DNA of 64,000 bases from Octopus vulgaris. Lineage: Eukaryota. Both the position numbers and the translations under genes were made by a program. Positions 25,001 to 39,300 of this stretch are shown in pieces. Location of the stretch: positions 93,744,001-93,808,000 of the forward strand of contig OX597815.1 of assembly GCA_951406725.2 (NCBI GenBank), read 5' to 3'. The notes under the pieces are model-generated. The model was not told the DNA's origin. It saw only the letters and a list, made by a program, of their open reading frames with translations, and searched no databases. Every line of letters begins with the position of its first letter. The first letter of the stretch is position 1.

Positions 25001-28000
25001 CCTCTCAAAGAATCTTAGTCTTGCAAGTTACTTGGTGACCCTGCTAGTGCTGGTGCCACATAAAAAAACATACAGCCTACACTGTAAAGCGGTTGGTGTT
25101 TGGAAGAGCATTCCACTGTAAAAGCATGCCAAAACTGACCTCACCTATGCTGGTGCAACGTAAAAAGCATTCAGTCCACTCTGCAGAGTGGTCAGTGTTA
25201 GGAAGGGCATCCAGCTGTAAAAGCCATGCCAAAACAGACAATGAAGCATGGTGAAGTTTTCTGCCTGGCCAACTCCTGTCAAACCATCTAACCCATGCCA
25301 GCATGGAAAGATGATGATGATGATGATGATGATATATATATATATAACTTCTTCAGTTTTATCATTTACCTTTGCTTCTGATATCACTAAACTATAAAAA
25401 CATAATTACATATTTTGATTAATAGGTACAGGAATATGTAAACTTACCAATCTTAGCACTTGGGCTTACTTCAAAGAAAGGCTGTTGGCAGACTATTTCT
25501 ACAAAAATGTTATTAGCCATGTTGTGGCGAATGAATTCCAAGTGACCCATTTCAATACATAGTTGACCAAGCTTGTATAGTCCTCGTTTACAGCTCTGAA
25601 AAATTTTTTCCATAATATGTTAATTGACAAAAAAACAACAACAAATATTAAATGCATTAAAAATCAATAGAAGTTAATTGCATTAGCAGTTAACTAAAAG
25701 CTAATTTAAATACCTATTTTAAGATACTAATCAACAATTTCATGGAATATTGTAGATATTTATTTATTAAAAATGTAATTTCTTGTCGGTCTCCAGAGTT
25801 TGAGGTTCAGAAAATTAATATGGCCAAGATCATTGACATGTGCAGATATGGACATGCATGAACTGTACTTACTCTTACATGATAGATTTAATTCATCACT
25901 CAGTTTCATACCAATACCTGGCTTTTGCATGTCTTTAGTGAAGTGCACTACATTGCAAGCATTCAAGTGAAATCTTAGATCTTAGAAGAAATTTCAGTCT
26001 AAGAAGCCCTGAGAAATGAAATCAGGGATGCTACTCTTCTCCTTGTGATCAAATCATTAAAAAAATGTATACCATGGCTAGCAAAAAGTAGAAATTCTAA
26101 GATCTTTATAATGTGTAGGAAAAAGAAATATGATATGTGTACATTCTGTACATCTTTTTTATCATTTGATTTAAATTTGAAACTTTCACACCTGTCTCAA
26201 TCTAACTTAATCTAGAAGGATTTGTTTCCCTTAAGATAACTGACTACCAGGGATACATAACATGTTTAGATATATATAAAAATTGATAAGGAAACTCACA
26301 TCAACTTGACTCTTTACTGTGACTAGATTAACACCAGGTTTTATTAATACATCTTTGGCAGTTAAACTGAGTTTGTAGTTCAGTTTGTAAATTGAATCAG
26401 AAACAGAGCCTTGGATACTATCAGCTCGTTTCAAAAGTTCATTGGTATTAGTACATATAATGCTGCTTGATTGCAATTTCTCTTGTTTTACATCAGTGGC
26501 TGATACAACATTGATTTTGGAAGGCAACTGAGGTCTAATAGTTTGGAAATTCATTACAGGTTCATCTACAGTTCCATATAAGCTAGGCTGTCTGGAAAGA
26601 CTACGCTTCTGACTCCCTTCACTGGCCTCATGTGAGAAACCAAGAGATATCTGGCTGATGAACACTTCTCTTGGCAAGTTACTGAAAATTTCCAGTTCTA
26701 TACTCATCTCATCCTGGAATGTGGCGACTGGAGTATTAAGGACAATGTTATCGACGGAAAATGCTGGATTGGTCTGAATACAGAGTGGGTTACCTTGAAG
26801 GAAGAATAGAAGATATTATATGTGAAAATGTTGGATGACTACAGATTAGTAGACGATCTGGAATAATTTTAAGACAAGAGAATATTGTTACACTAAGATA
26901 ACAAGAGAGAGAGAGAGAGCGACCTTTTATAGTACACAGCTACTGCCCTATCAATCCAGTAATGGTGTCAGAATGCCGTTTAATCATATCTATAAAAGGT
27001 ATGATGTGTGTGTATGTGTACGTGATTGTAATTTATGCACATCCACAAATTAGCACGCATATTGCTCAAATTTTAGGAGGACATTTGTTAACACCCTATC
27101 TGGGTTTTGTCACCTTATTTTTATCCCGAGGCACCTGCGGATAGCAGTAAAATTCTATTTTCAGCCATAGCTTTTAGCCATAAAAAATATCAGCCATAGC
27201 TTTTTGACGGCGTCTAATAAAAAATAATAAGATAAAGAAAAGTGGAAGAGGGGCAGAGAGTTTCACGGGAAAGACAAAGTGAGAGAGGGAGAGAGAGAGT
27301 AAGTGACGACGTTCATAAAAAATATCAGCCATAGCTTTTTGATGGCGTCTAACAAAAAAAAATAAGATAAAGTGGAAGAGAGTGTCACGGTGTCTAAACA
27401 AAAAAAAAGGGAAAGACAAAGTGAGAGATAGAGAGAGTAAGTGATGACGTTCATAAAAAATAAAATGTAAAATGTTTTGTTTTTTTCTTAAACACGAGAT
27501 ATAGTGTTCATATTCAGGATGCTTTTGAAAGACACTATATTTTATAATCATAGCATATATACTTTTTCACACAACAATTACAATATATTTATTTTAAATC
27601 GTTCATCTTTCTCCCCCTCTCTCTCTCACACACATTACTTTGGGTGCGAAAGAGTTTTGTTTTTATTTTACACCAAGTAAAAAAGTGTTTTGTTGAGAGT
27701 TGATATTACTAAGTTTGGTTTGAAACTCAGCAAGACTTTTGTTAGCCGCTCTCCAGCCATCTATTAAAAACTGTATACAGCTATGGTACGACCACACTTG
27801 GAATTCGCATCATCAGTTTGGAATCCCTATCTTGCTCAGAACATTGACCTCCTGGAATCTGTCCAGAGACGTGCAACCAAACGCATACCCTCCATCAGAC
27901 ACCTACTATATTCTGAGCGCCTTGTTTCCCTGGGCATGGATTCACTGAAGCTCCGGCGTCTAGCGACGGACTTGGTAAACACCCACAAGGTTATCAACCA

Positions 28001-28278
28001 CCTCACCAACAACAACACTGAACACCTTTTTGATCTCCATGTGTCTAACACACGTGGACATGCCTACAAAGTCAGAAAACAACACAGCTCCCATGACTTT
28101 TGGAAACATTTTTTCACGCTCAGGGTTGCTGAAGCGTGGAATAAACTGCCTGCATCAGTTGTTGACTGCCATGACACTGCATCCTTTAAGGCCCTCATGC
28201 TTCCCGAAATCCGTCGAAACTACACCTGATTATATATACACTTTAGATGAGTTGTAGTGCACCTGAGCACTGTACACA

Positions 28279-28314
<36 letters not shown>

Positions 28315-31300
28315 AATAAAGAACTTGATTCGCTTAATAATCGTAACTTAATTCCGGGCAAGGCCAGGTTATACTGCTGGTTATAGATAATATCATCATC
28401 ATCATCGTTTAGCGTCCGCTTTCCATGCTAGCATGGGTTGGATGGTTCAACCAGAAGGCTGCACCAGGCCCAGTCTGATCTGGCAATGTTTCTAAGGCTG
28501 GATGCCCTTCCTAACGCCAACCACTCCGTGAGTGTAGCGGGTGCTTTTACGTGCCACCGGCACAGATGCCAAACGAGTCTGGCAAAACAGCCACGATCGG
28601 ATGGTGCTTTTTATGTGCTGACGGCACGTAAAATACTAAATAGAAATTATCAGGGGCTTAGAAAATAATATTCAGAGTTAATGAAGGAAAAAAATGATTT
28701 CAGTTCATTTTGAAATCCTTAACTTTATAATGTCTTCTGCCTGCAGTGCATTCCATACTGTGCGACTATAATGCTCTTACAATCTTTTCTTCAATACTCT
28801 TATTTAATACTAAAAATTGAAGAAGTTTCTATTAAAAACCTTTTCAATATCGTTCCAATATTCTTTTATTCTATAAGAATATTGGAAGGAGTTAACCAAG
28901 TAAGAAGGAACCAACAGTATTTATAGCTTTGTAGATTAGGACCAGATTATTAATTACACACACACAATACAGATCAACCAATATGGCAGTTTTACTGCCT
29001 TTGAGAAGAGGAATATGTTTTCGAAATTTTGAAATTTCAGGTGTTTTGTGAAACAAACCCTTTTGATACCAAACATCCAGAGACTAGTTCCACACCATAA
29101 AGCCTCCTATTTTAAGTTGTTTATGTTTAAATTTAAATATCTTCCCATCATAATTTTAAGGAAGTGACTTTTACTAATTTATATTCCAAAATACTAACTT
29201 AATAATGAAAGTGCTAATTATTTTACTAAATCTCTCCACGTTCATGGTTATTTTAAAAATTGATTGGAATATATTTGCAATATATATATAAGAAAATTGT
29301 TCATGAAAGAGGGAATAAAAAAAATACTCATTAGTTTCTCATTCCTACATCCCCACCACCACCACCACCACCACCACTCATAAAACTGATTGAAATCATT
29401 GTGTCTTCTAGAAGATTTTAGCTCCTATGTCATATCTTCCCCATGATATATCTATTATGTTATATCTCCAGAGTTATTTGTAAGAATTTAAGTTGTAAAC
29501 ATGGTACTTTTTTTTTTTAATTGCAGTAAAATAGACCCACTACAAAACACATTAAAGAAAGAAGGCAATACAATATAAACAAATGAATACTGCATTAAAT
29601 ATAAGGAGATTGACAGGCGTTTAACAGACTTACCATCATCACTTCTGCTAAGTTGGATCAGTTCATCCAAATAGTAACAACGTTCGGAATGTGAAAGATT
29701 TTTACTACACACAATGTAGCAGGCAGTTTTGGCATATCTAGAGATACTGATCAGGAATCAAAATAGTTACAAATTTAACACAATCATTATTCAATTCTTT
29801 TGATTAAGCAAAAGCTTGATTTTTTTTTCAGCCAAGCAAGACAAATGTGACCTCAGTATACTACTGATATATATATTTACCATTCCTTTGTCAAATGAAA
29901 GGTAACTCACACACACATGAATCTAGAAGAAAAAAGCTATAGTACTCAAAACTTGTAGTCAAGTTTATTTACTGTATAAACAAGTAAGCTGAATATTCTT
30001 GGTAATGGTGTCACAGCACCTCTGGCTCAATGTCAAGAAACTAATGGTTCATCATATCACTACTCAAAGTTTCATGTTATATTACAATAACCTGAGTAAC
30101 AACAGAGTGAGTCATAAGCTTCAAACAAAGTGTGTGAGTGTGTGCATTAGGTCTGAGTGTGTGTGTGTGAGTGTGTACACTAGGTATTTTTGAACACAAC
30201 TTATGTGGACCACTACTGGAAAATGACCTAACATAATGTTATGGGGCATGCACCAAATTTCAACTCTCTCATTCTCTTTCAGACATATGAACAGCATCAA
30301 TATATCAGATTCCAATATGATACAGAAAACGAAAAGGTACTTGTGGCTCTAGCTACTAGTCACAGAAACTCAGAGATCACCAGCTTTTTGAATGTAGCTG
30401 GGTCCTTTGTGTTCAGGATCAAAAAAGAGCTTGAGGCTTCTGGCAGGGTATGTCATTCATATCCAAGAGAAAGAAACATTTTTCAATAGTCAGACGTTGT
30501 TATGACAGCCAAATTCAACCAGTAAATCCAGAGCATAATCAATAACTCGATCAAGTTGATATGGGCGATCACTGAATAGATCATATGTTGGAATCCACCA
30601 TCAGATGCATAAGATCAGATACAAGTTCTACATGATAAGGAGAGGGTAGTTCTTGCCCACCAAAAATCAGGAGAACCATATGATCTAGTCAGAGCACTTG
30701 CTGAACAAACTCAAGTACGCCAAGAAACCTTGTTTTGTTCTTAGTGTATGTACATGTGTGTGTGTATGTATGCGAAATCAGACTGGAGTCTGGTGTCAGC
30801 TTATCAGCCCTAGTCAAACCATCTAACCCATGCCAGCATGGACAATGGATATTAAATGATGATGATGGTATATAAGTTCTAATAATGAAGTTACACTATA
30901 TCTCTAGTTTGCTTCGTAATTACAAATTATAAAGCTTGATGTCAGTACAAACTAGCCGATCCACACTCTACTTACACAGATATTCCAACAAGGATGCAGA
31001 ATAGTTTGTTATATTTGACTCAAGTTGAAAAATTCTGGTACAGTGCATTGCTTCTTAGTATAACATGAAATACACACACACACACACACACACACACGTG
31101 TTTGTATATGTATGCTGCATCCTATCTCTACCCAATCACACCCAATTCATATACCTCTCTTCTCATCATCCACTCTGTGTTTCCCCTCTTAAGTTGTACA
31201 ATACCTACTGCATACAATTGTTCCTTCTTTAAATATCATCTCTGTGGAATTCCCATTCCCATCCATGTTTTGCCAGCAAATAATAACGTGTAGCTGTTAC

Positions 31301-33341
31301 AGCTGAACATCAATCACATCATTCTGGCCAGTGTCAGAGAGCCTGCAAAGGTGATGGGAGCAACTTTCCCCTCCCTAACCATAAAAACAAACAGATTGTG
31401 ACCAAAGGATACTTAAGAGGATTACTGAGTTTCTTCTGACATTGAGCAAGAAGTACTGCTATACTATCACTAAGAATATCCCAGCCTTCCTGTTTATACA
31501 TTTTCATGGCATCCAAGAGAAATCCTTCTGCTTTCTGGGGGCTTTCTTGTTTCCTGTGAAAACAACATAGAAAGTAAACAACATGAAATAATGGGATATT
31601 TTTTATTATAAAACATGCGAGATAAATATATACATGTATGACAATTAATTCCATAAATTAAGGTAGTCATGTGATTGAGCTTCATTTTGCAACCAGGTGG
31701 TTTGGGTTCAATCCCACTGCATAGCACCTTGGCAAGTGTCTTTAGATTGACCAATACCTTAGGAGAGAATTGGTAAATGGAAACTACTATGTATATGTGT
31801 GTGTTAGTTTGTGCACATTGCACAAATAAATGCAGAGTTACATCCCCCTAAAAAGTAATATGCTGATTATATTGTCCAGTGCTAGGGTCGATATAATAGA
31901 TCAAAACCTTTCAAGGATGGTCTGATGGTCAGTCTAATGAATAAAACCAGTAAAAGAATAAAAGAAACATAAAAAGTGTAGTGTAGTCAGTAAGTATTAA
32001 ACATGTAACAAGTTTGTATGTGTATATATACAGGGTGCAATGAATAAACTGTCATCTAAATTACGCAAAAATGAAAATAACACTGACATCTCATTTCAAC
32101 AGATGGCCGACTGGTCCCATGCCCGTGGCATGTAAAAAGCACCATTCGAGCGTGGTCGTTGCCAGTACCGCCTAACTGGCCCTTGTGCCAGTGGCACGTA
32201 AAAAGCACCCTCTACACTCTTGGAGTGGTTGACATTAGGAAGGACATCCAGCTGTAGAAACTTTGCCAAATCAGATTGGAGCCTGGTGCAGCCTTCTGGC
32301 TTGCCAGTACTCAGTCAAACCGTCCAACCCATGCCAGCATGAAAAGTGGATGTCTAGCTATGATGATGATGATGATATTTACCAAAATTACATACAAATA
32401 TCTTGAAATACTTTAGTATTTCAAGATAATATCACCATTGGCTTCAATCACGGCCTCCAGATGACTTTGGAATTTCCTGCAACTCTTCTGGACAGTCTCC
32501 TTGTTTAAGTTGGTGAATGCTGCCATAATCCTTGCCTTCAGTTCATCTTTGGTGTTACAAGGAGTTTTGTTGGTCTCTCACTCAACCACGCCCCACACAT
32601 AATAATCAAGGGGGTTGCAGTCTGTGGAGTTAGGTAGCCAGATGTTAAGGGTGATGTGGTTGCAGAAATTGTCTAACAACCATGACTGTGTTCTCCTGCT
32701 TGTGTGGCATTGTGCAGAGTCCTGTTGCCAGACATAGGGTCTTCCAGCAGCCCCCCTCTTGACCCAGAGCAGAACTACCTCTTCCAGGCACTTGATGTAG
32801 ACCTCCATGTTGAGTCTGAGGCAATGTGGGAAGATGAATGGAAGCATAATATCACCATCACTAGTGATCACTCCAAATACCATAATGTAGACTGGATGTT
32901 TGATTTTTATCATTCTCAGTACATGCACTCAGTTTGCTCTACTGTATGTGTAATGTAAGTGTACATGCTTGACAGAGTGTCTGTTCTGAGAGAGAAGTTA
33001 GGCATAAGAGGAATTGGTTGCTGTGTGCAAGAGAGAAAACTGAGCTGGTTTAATCATGTGCTGCAGTGCCAATCTCTCAAAGTAGATGGAACATATGGAA
33101 GTGGGAGATCCAGGTAGACATGCGATGAAGTACTGAAGAATGAGCTTAGGAAGCTGAACCTTTCAGGCAAGATGACAAAGGACTGAGATACCTGGCACCT
33201 GACCATACTCAAGAAGACCCATGCCCTGCAACAAAAGTGTTAAGACTAATCCTGCTGGTGGTGTAAAGCACTTGTGGCAGTTTCACATAAAAGCACCCAT
33301 GTGGTGCCACACAAAAGTGCCCATGCAGTGTCATGTAAATG

Positions 33342-33394
<53 letters not shown>

Positions 33395-36300
33395 TTTTAC
33401 ATCTGCTTTTCATGCTAGTATAATGGAAAGGTCATCATAGCCCAATCTAGTTCTTATTTGAGTTGAGGGAGATTTGTTTACTATTTCTAACAAGCCAAAT
33501 TAATATGTAGAGGCTTCCTTCATTAACAGACTCATTTTAAAGATTGGTGAAACTAGCCAATCTCTCTCAAATTTCATCTTACCATCTTGGAAAAAGAAAA
33601 AACTCATAGGACAATGTAGTTTTAGATTTAGTAACAGCTGAATAAAAAAACAAGATAGTCATTTATAGCACTGATGTGGAATTAAACAATAACAATGGGT
33701 GAAATAAAGGTAATTCACAATTATGTGATTTTAAGTCTGACCCTACTGTACAGCACCTTGGGCATGTACCTTCTTCCATAGCTTCAAGCCAACCAAAGAC
33801 TTGTAGGTAAAATTTGGTTGGTGAAAACTGTGTGGTAGCCTTTCAGAGGATCTATTCCTGTTCTTTGATGGAGGACTTAATTTCATCACCCAGTTTAACC
33901 CCACCCGCTGACCTTGGGTGTTTAAGTGGAGTTGACTCTATTGTAAGCATCCAGGCTAGCTCTCAAAGCTGAGGACGACTTCCTCCCTAATTACTACCAG
34001 TCACAGAGATCCAGAAAAGAGTTGTAAGTTCTGAGCAGTTCTCCTCTGGTTCAGTTATAAAAAGAAAAAAAAAAAGAAAATATCTGGTGTAAAGAAATAC
34101 TTAAAAAAAATATTCTTACATGTAAAATTCAGCAACATCCTGGCCTATGATCCTGGCAGACCGCATTCTACCTATATGCTTGTAGGTTCCCATAGCCAGT
34201 TCAGAGAGATCCTAAATATGAAAATACATATATTACATATTGATATAGTTTCTGGTCAATTCGAAAAAAAAAAACAATAGACACTACTGACAGAGAGAGT
34301 AAGAAGGAAGTATTAGATATTGCACAGAGAGAGAGCGAGAGAGAAACAAATAGAGAGAGGAACAGAGGAGAGAACATAAGAACAGATAGAAGAGGAGTCG
34401 TAAAGGTGAAACTGATACAGTTGGACATCTAAAGGTTAATATCTACAAATGAAATATGGATAGAGAGAGAAATGCAGAGGACTACAGTGAAGGGAAATAT
34501 AGATTGGGTGAAAGGTTTAGTGCAGAATCTCAGGAGGTGAGAAGAGTAAACACAAAGTGAAATAGGTGAAGATGGGTAGAGAAGGTATGCAGATATGAGA
34601 AACATGACCACCTACTAGAAGTGACCAATGTTTGTGTATATGTAACAGCAACACTGTCTCATACATGAGACTAGTAGTTTAATGGGAGGTTTGCTTAAGC
34701 TTCGTAAAATATTAGCAACTGATCAGTACTCAAGTATTTTCTGGCTCTAAAGAGAAATCCTAGTCTTTGTGATATAGTTTTGTCAATATTATATGAGGCA
34801 GCACTGAAAAGTTCCTGGTAAAAGAAAATGCAGGAGAACTGGTCAATTATGAAATTACTCAACATATTCCCCTCTCAGATTCACACACTTATTACAGTGG
34901 TCCTTCAGTTTTTCTAAGCCCTTTAAAAAAAAAAAACCTAGCTGGGCCTACAACCATGTCTTTCATGATATGTTTAAAGCCAGGAACGTTTTAGCACCCC
35001 ACACTCTATATATGTCAGATTACAGGGGGTCACCAGTGAGGTGTGGCATATTTCTAAGCAAAGAAACACAAAAGCATTTTTAACCTCTTCACAATTAACT
35101 GTTTTCCTTCTAAATAATGCTGTAATGATCTGGAAAATGATAGTCATGAAGAGTCTCTAAGGGAAGACTACTTCTTTGATACATGTATTGTGTATTTATA
35201 CTGTTGAAAGAGACAAGATTGTCATCTCCCAACTAAGGAATAATCTCAAGGTTTCTATTCATCAAATTAGTGTTTGCCTAGTATCAAGTGTTCAATTTGT
35301 ATTTAGGTAACACATATGCATGGAATGTTAAAGAGTAGGGGCATATAGTTTTGCATGCAGAGAAGCATGTGTTGATAGAAATGAAAGTCAGAAGGCACAG
35401 AAAGAAGAGTGTAGGCGACATTACTGAATCTTGGATTACATCATTTGATAGAGTGTGGAATGGAGAGCACATTGTTGATACATGATGCCATGATAATGCA
35501 ATCTAACAGAAAGTCTGCAGCCCAAGAAATGAGACTGTACATGAGACCATAGACTGGACATAGACTACACATGAGACCATAGAATATACATGCATTCACC
35601 AGTACTGTATACTGTCCATAAGTGCTATTTTAACATGCACACAAATCTGCATGTAGTTTAAATAAAATATTTCCTGTCTTTGACACAAATCAATTTTGGA
35701 AGAGCAGTGCTCTTAAATAATTCAAATGATTCCACCTCTGTATATTACTGGTACATATTGAAAATACATAATGCTCAGACTGTCACACTGCATGTCACAG
35801 TGTGTGATATGGTTCTCAGTTAGGTAGACATGTGATAAAACTGGAACAATATATCTGTTGGTCACACTTAATCCTCAGCCAAATACCTGGAGCTACACAA
35901 CAACTGCTATACTTTTTATTGACCTACATAACAATATTTGAAATAAGTGAAACAGATTTACCAAGTAGTGTCGCTGAAAGGACTGCCTTGATGATAGAGC
36001 TTCACGGAGTCTATCAATAGGTCGAGGAGATCCTGTAGTAGATGCTAGAAGAGACAAAGACAATGTGCAATCAAGGCTGATTAGAAAACTGAGCATTTTA
36101 AACATCTCACAACTTACAAACACAATTTCATCAACATTACTCATAGAATTCATCTACATGAAAATCAGTGGTGAAATTAATTGTAATGTATTTAATGTAG
36201 GGAGCATTAGAAAGCTTACTAGAAATAATTCTGTAAAGAAAAATAAATATTAATCATTCATGAATATTATTTTTATTAGTTCAGTAAGTAAAAGAGACAA

Positions 36301-39300
36301 CTCCAGATAACATTTCAGTCATATGACCATGCCATAAGTATCGCAGTAAGTTACAGTTCACTTAGATGCAAATAAAGACTCACAGTCAAGCTAAGTAGGT
36401 ACCAGAGTGAGATACAGTCCACCCAGCTGTAGCTAAGAATAGATGGTTGTCCTGCATAGATCCCACAAATAATCCAGTCACATAAATACATGTTTTGTAG
36501 CAGGAACTATCCAGCTGTACTTTTCTACAGCAGAATGAAAAAAATGTTTGTATACCACTCTTCAAAAAGGCACTTAATTGTCTATGCTTTTTAATTTGAA
36601 CAACAAATCAGAGGCAAATTAAACTTTGCATAACCCTTGAAATCCCTTGGATTTTCAATAATATACAAGTAGGAGTTCTAATTTTATACCACCAGAGGCA
36701 TTTCCTACACCAAGAAGCATCAGACAATTTTGAAAGCTTTAAACCTTGGTGTTGATTTTTCTTCTCAAGAAATAACTTTTGTAGCAGGTGTAATCTTCTT
36801 GAAAAGTGGTTTCATCAACATTGTTTATTTGCTCTAGTGTGTAACCCACTCAAGCAATCATATTTTTCAGCTGCTCAGGATAATGAGAAGCTGACCTTGT
36901 ATCAGCACTGGCAGCATGATGCTGATGTTATGTATGCTGGTGATGGAAGCAATGATAATGACAATAATGTTGCAATATTGTCGATAGCAACAATGATGGC
37001 AATGTTGTTATTTATGTTAATGATGATGATGAAGGTGATCAATGATGATGATAATGTAAGAATAAAAATAAAAATAACAATGACATAATTCATGTTAAGA
37101 CAAAAATAATATAAAAATATATTGATGAAATCTTATATTGACAATGACAAATGTATGATGACAAATCTGATGATGAAGGCAAATGTAATGAAGATGACAA
37201 TGTGATGGCAATTATAATGACAACAAATGTGATAATGATACTAAGTGTAAAGACAATGCTAAATGTACTGATAAAGATAAATGTGATGATGATAATGACA
37301 AATCTGACGATGAAAGACAAATTTGATGATAACATGCAACAATGATGTCAAATGTGATGATGATGACAAATGTGATGATAATATGTAACCATTATTCTTT
37401 TAAATTAAACTGATACCCTGATCAATGACATCCACTCACCTTCTTCCTCATTGATTCCCATCCCAAATAGAAGGTCCACCACTTTATTGAGTTGTTCAGA
37501 AGTTGGATTAGATGAAACCTCTGGCATCAAACCACACAACACACCAAGTTCTTTTAACTGCAATACAAACAGTTTGTTATTTTGTGTATAATTTATGCTA
37601 CAATTGCTAGAGACTATAGCAATGACTACACAAACTTCAACATTTACAGAATATACATACACAGTCCAACTGAACATCAGTTTTAAAATTTTATACTACA
37701 TGTATATGTTTTTGTATGTTATTTGTTTTGATTCAGTCTTTTAATATTACAACCAAGACTGCAATTTGATCCCCAAATCTTTTCTTAGTTATTCCAACAC
37801 TGAATATAGCAACCTCAGTTTTAGATAATAAATGGCTATGCATGCATACACACACACACATACATACACATGCACAAACACAATTTGCGAAGTAATGGCC
37901 AAACTACAACTAAAGCAGAAGATACTTTCCAATAATGCAATGCACTGGATCAAATTCAGAAACATGGGATTGTGAAGTAAAATGAACTTCTTAAATAAAC
38001 AGTAAACAATAAAGATGATGATATATGAATGTATGTATGCTGCTGATGTGACAAAGGATAGTAGTGGAGCTCTTCAGCTCAGTTCACTAGATGTTGCTTC
38101 TAGTGTTACTAAGGATGCCATGAGACCTATCTCCAACATGGGTTTCATGACCTAGCAGTCTGACAGATTATTTTAGCTTCGCACTTACCTTATTGTTGCC
38201 AATCTGTCAAACTGCTAGGTCATGAAACATAAAGGGATACAACATAAACATTCACATAGAGGGCAGGAAACACACCTAACAGTGCAGGTATGGCTGTGTG
38301 ATTACCCAGTCCACTTGGAAACCACAGTGTTTTGGATTCAGTCTCATTGTGTGGCATCTTTGATTATAGCCTCATGCTAACCAATGCCATGTGAATGGAA
38401 TTTGCAGACAAAAACTACAAGATGCCTGTCATATGTGTGTGAACATATGTCATATATGTCACTGCATTAATGAGTGTTTTATACATCACTATATCAGAGA
38501 TATATATGTCACTATATTATTAGTTGTATCCTAAATATAATATTTATAATTGCCATTTTAAAAACCACATTAGCAAATATCTTAGTATATTAGTAAGTTG
38601 TTATTTATTATATATGTTACTAGATAAGCAAATGTATATCTATTATATTACTCTCTAAGATAATCCTAATATATTGGTTTTGAATTTTGGCACAACACCA
38701 GTAATTTTGGAGAAAGGGTAATTCGATTACATCGACCCCCCCCCCCCAGTCTCAATTGGAACTTATTTTATAGACCTTGAAAGGATGAAAGGCAAAGTCG
38801 ACCTTAGCAGAATTTGAACTCAGAATGTAAAGATGGACAAAATGCCACTAAGCATTTTGCCTGGTGTGCTAACAATTCTACCAGAAGATAATTCTGGTAT
38901 ATTACATACATTACTCTACTGATGTTATATATGTAATTGTAAAACATTCAGAACAAAAGACCAACACTTACTTTTTTTCGAGCATAATCCCATAGACTAG
39001 CAGTATACAGGGAATGGCTATTAAGTTTTTCAGTAGAATTGTTGAGTTTGTCACTGGTATGTAGCACCTCAAGACAACTAAGAAACACCCAACATGCAAG
39101 GGAACCTTCTGGCATTTCAATCTGAAATGACAACAACAATAAAAGAAAAAACAAATAAAAATAAAACAAAAAGTGAGTTTGGATTAATCTTGTTTGGTCA
39201 GTGAGGGTGGGTGCAGAGGATAAGCTAAACGTCTTCAATCTCGTCCTTGTGGCAAGTTCCTTAAGGTATCAGATAACATCAGAAATTTTGAGGGTTACTA

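Noticed and set aside
36837-37345. Met/Asp/Ile-rich ORFs
   Set aside because: Produced by a degenerate (GAT)n tract.
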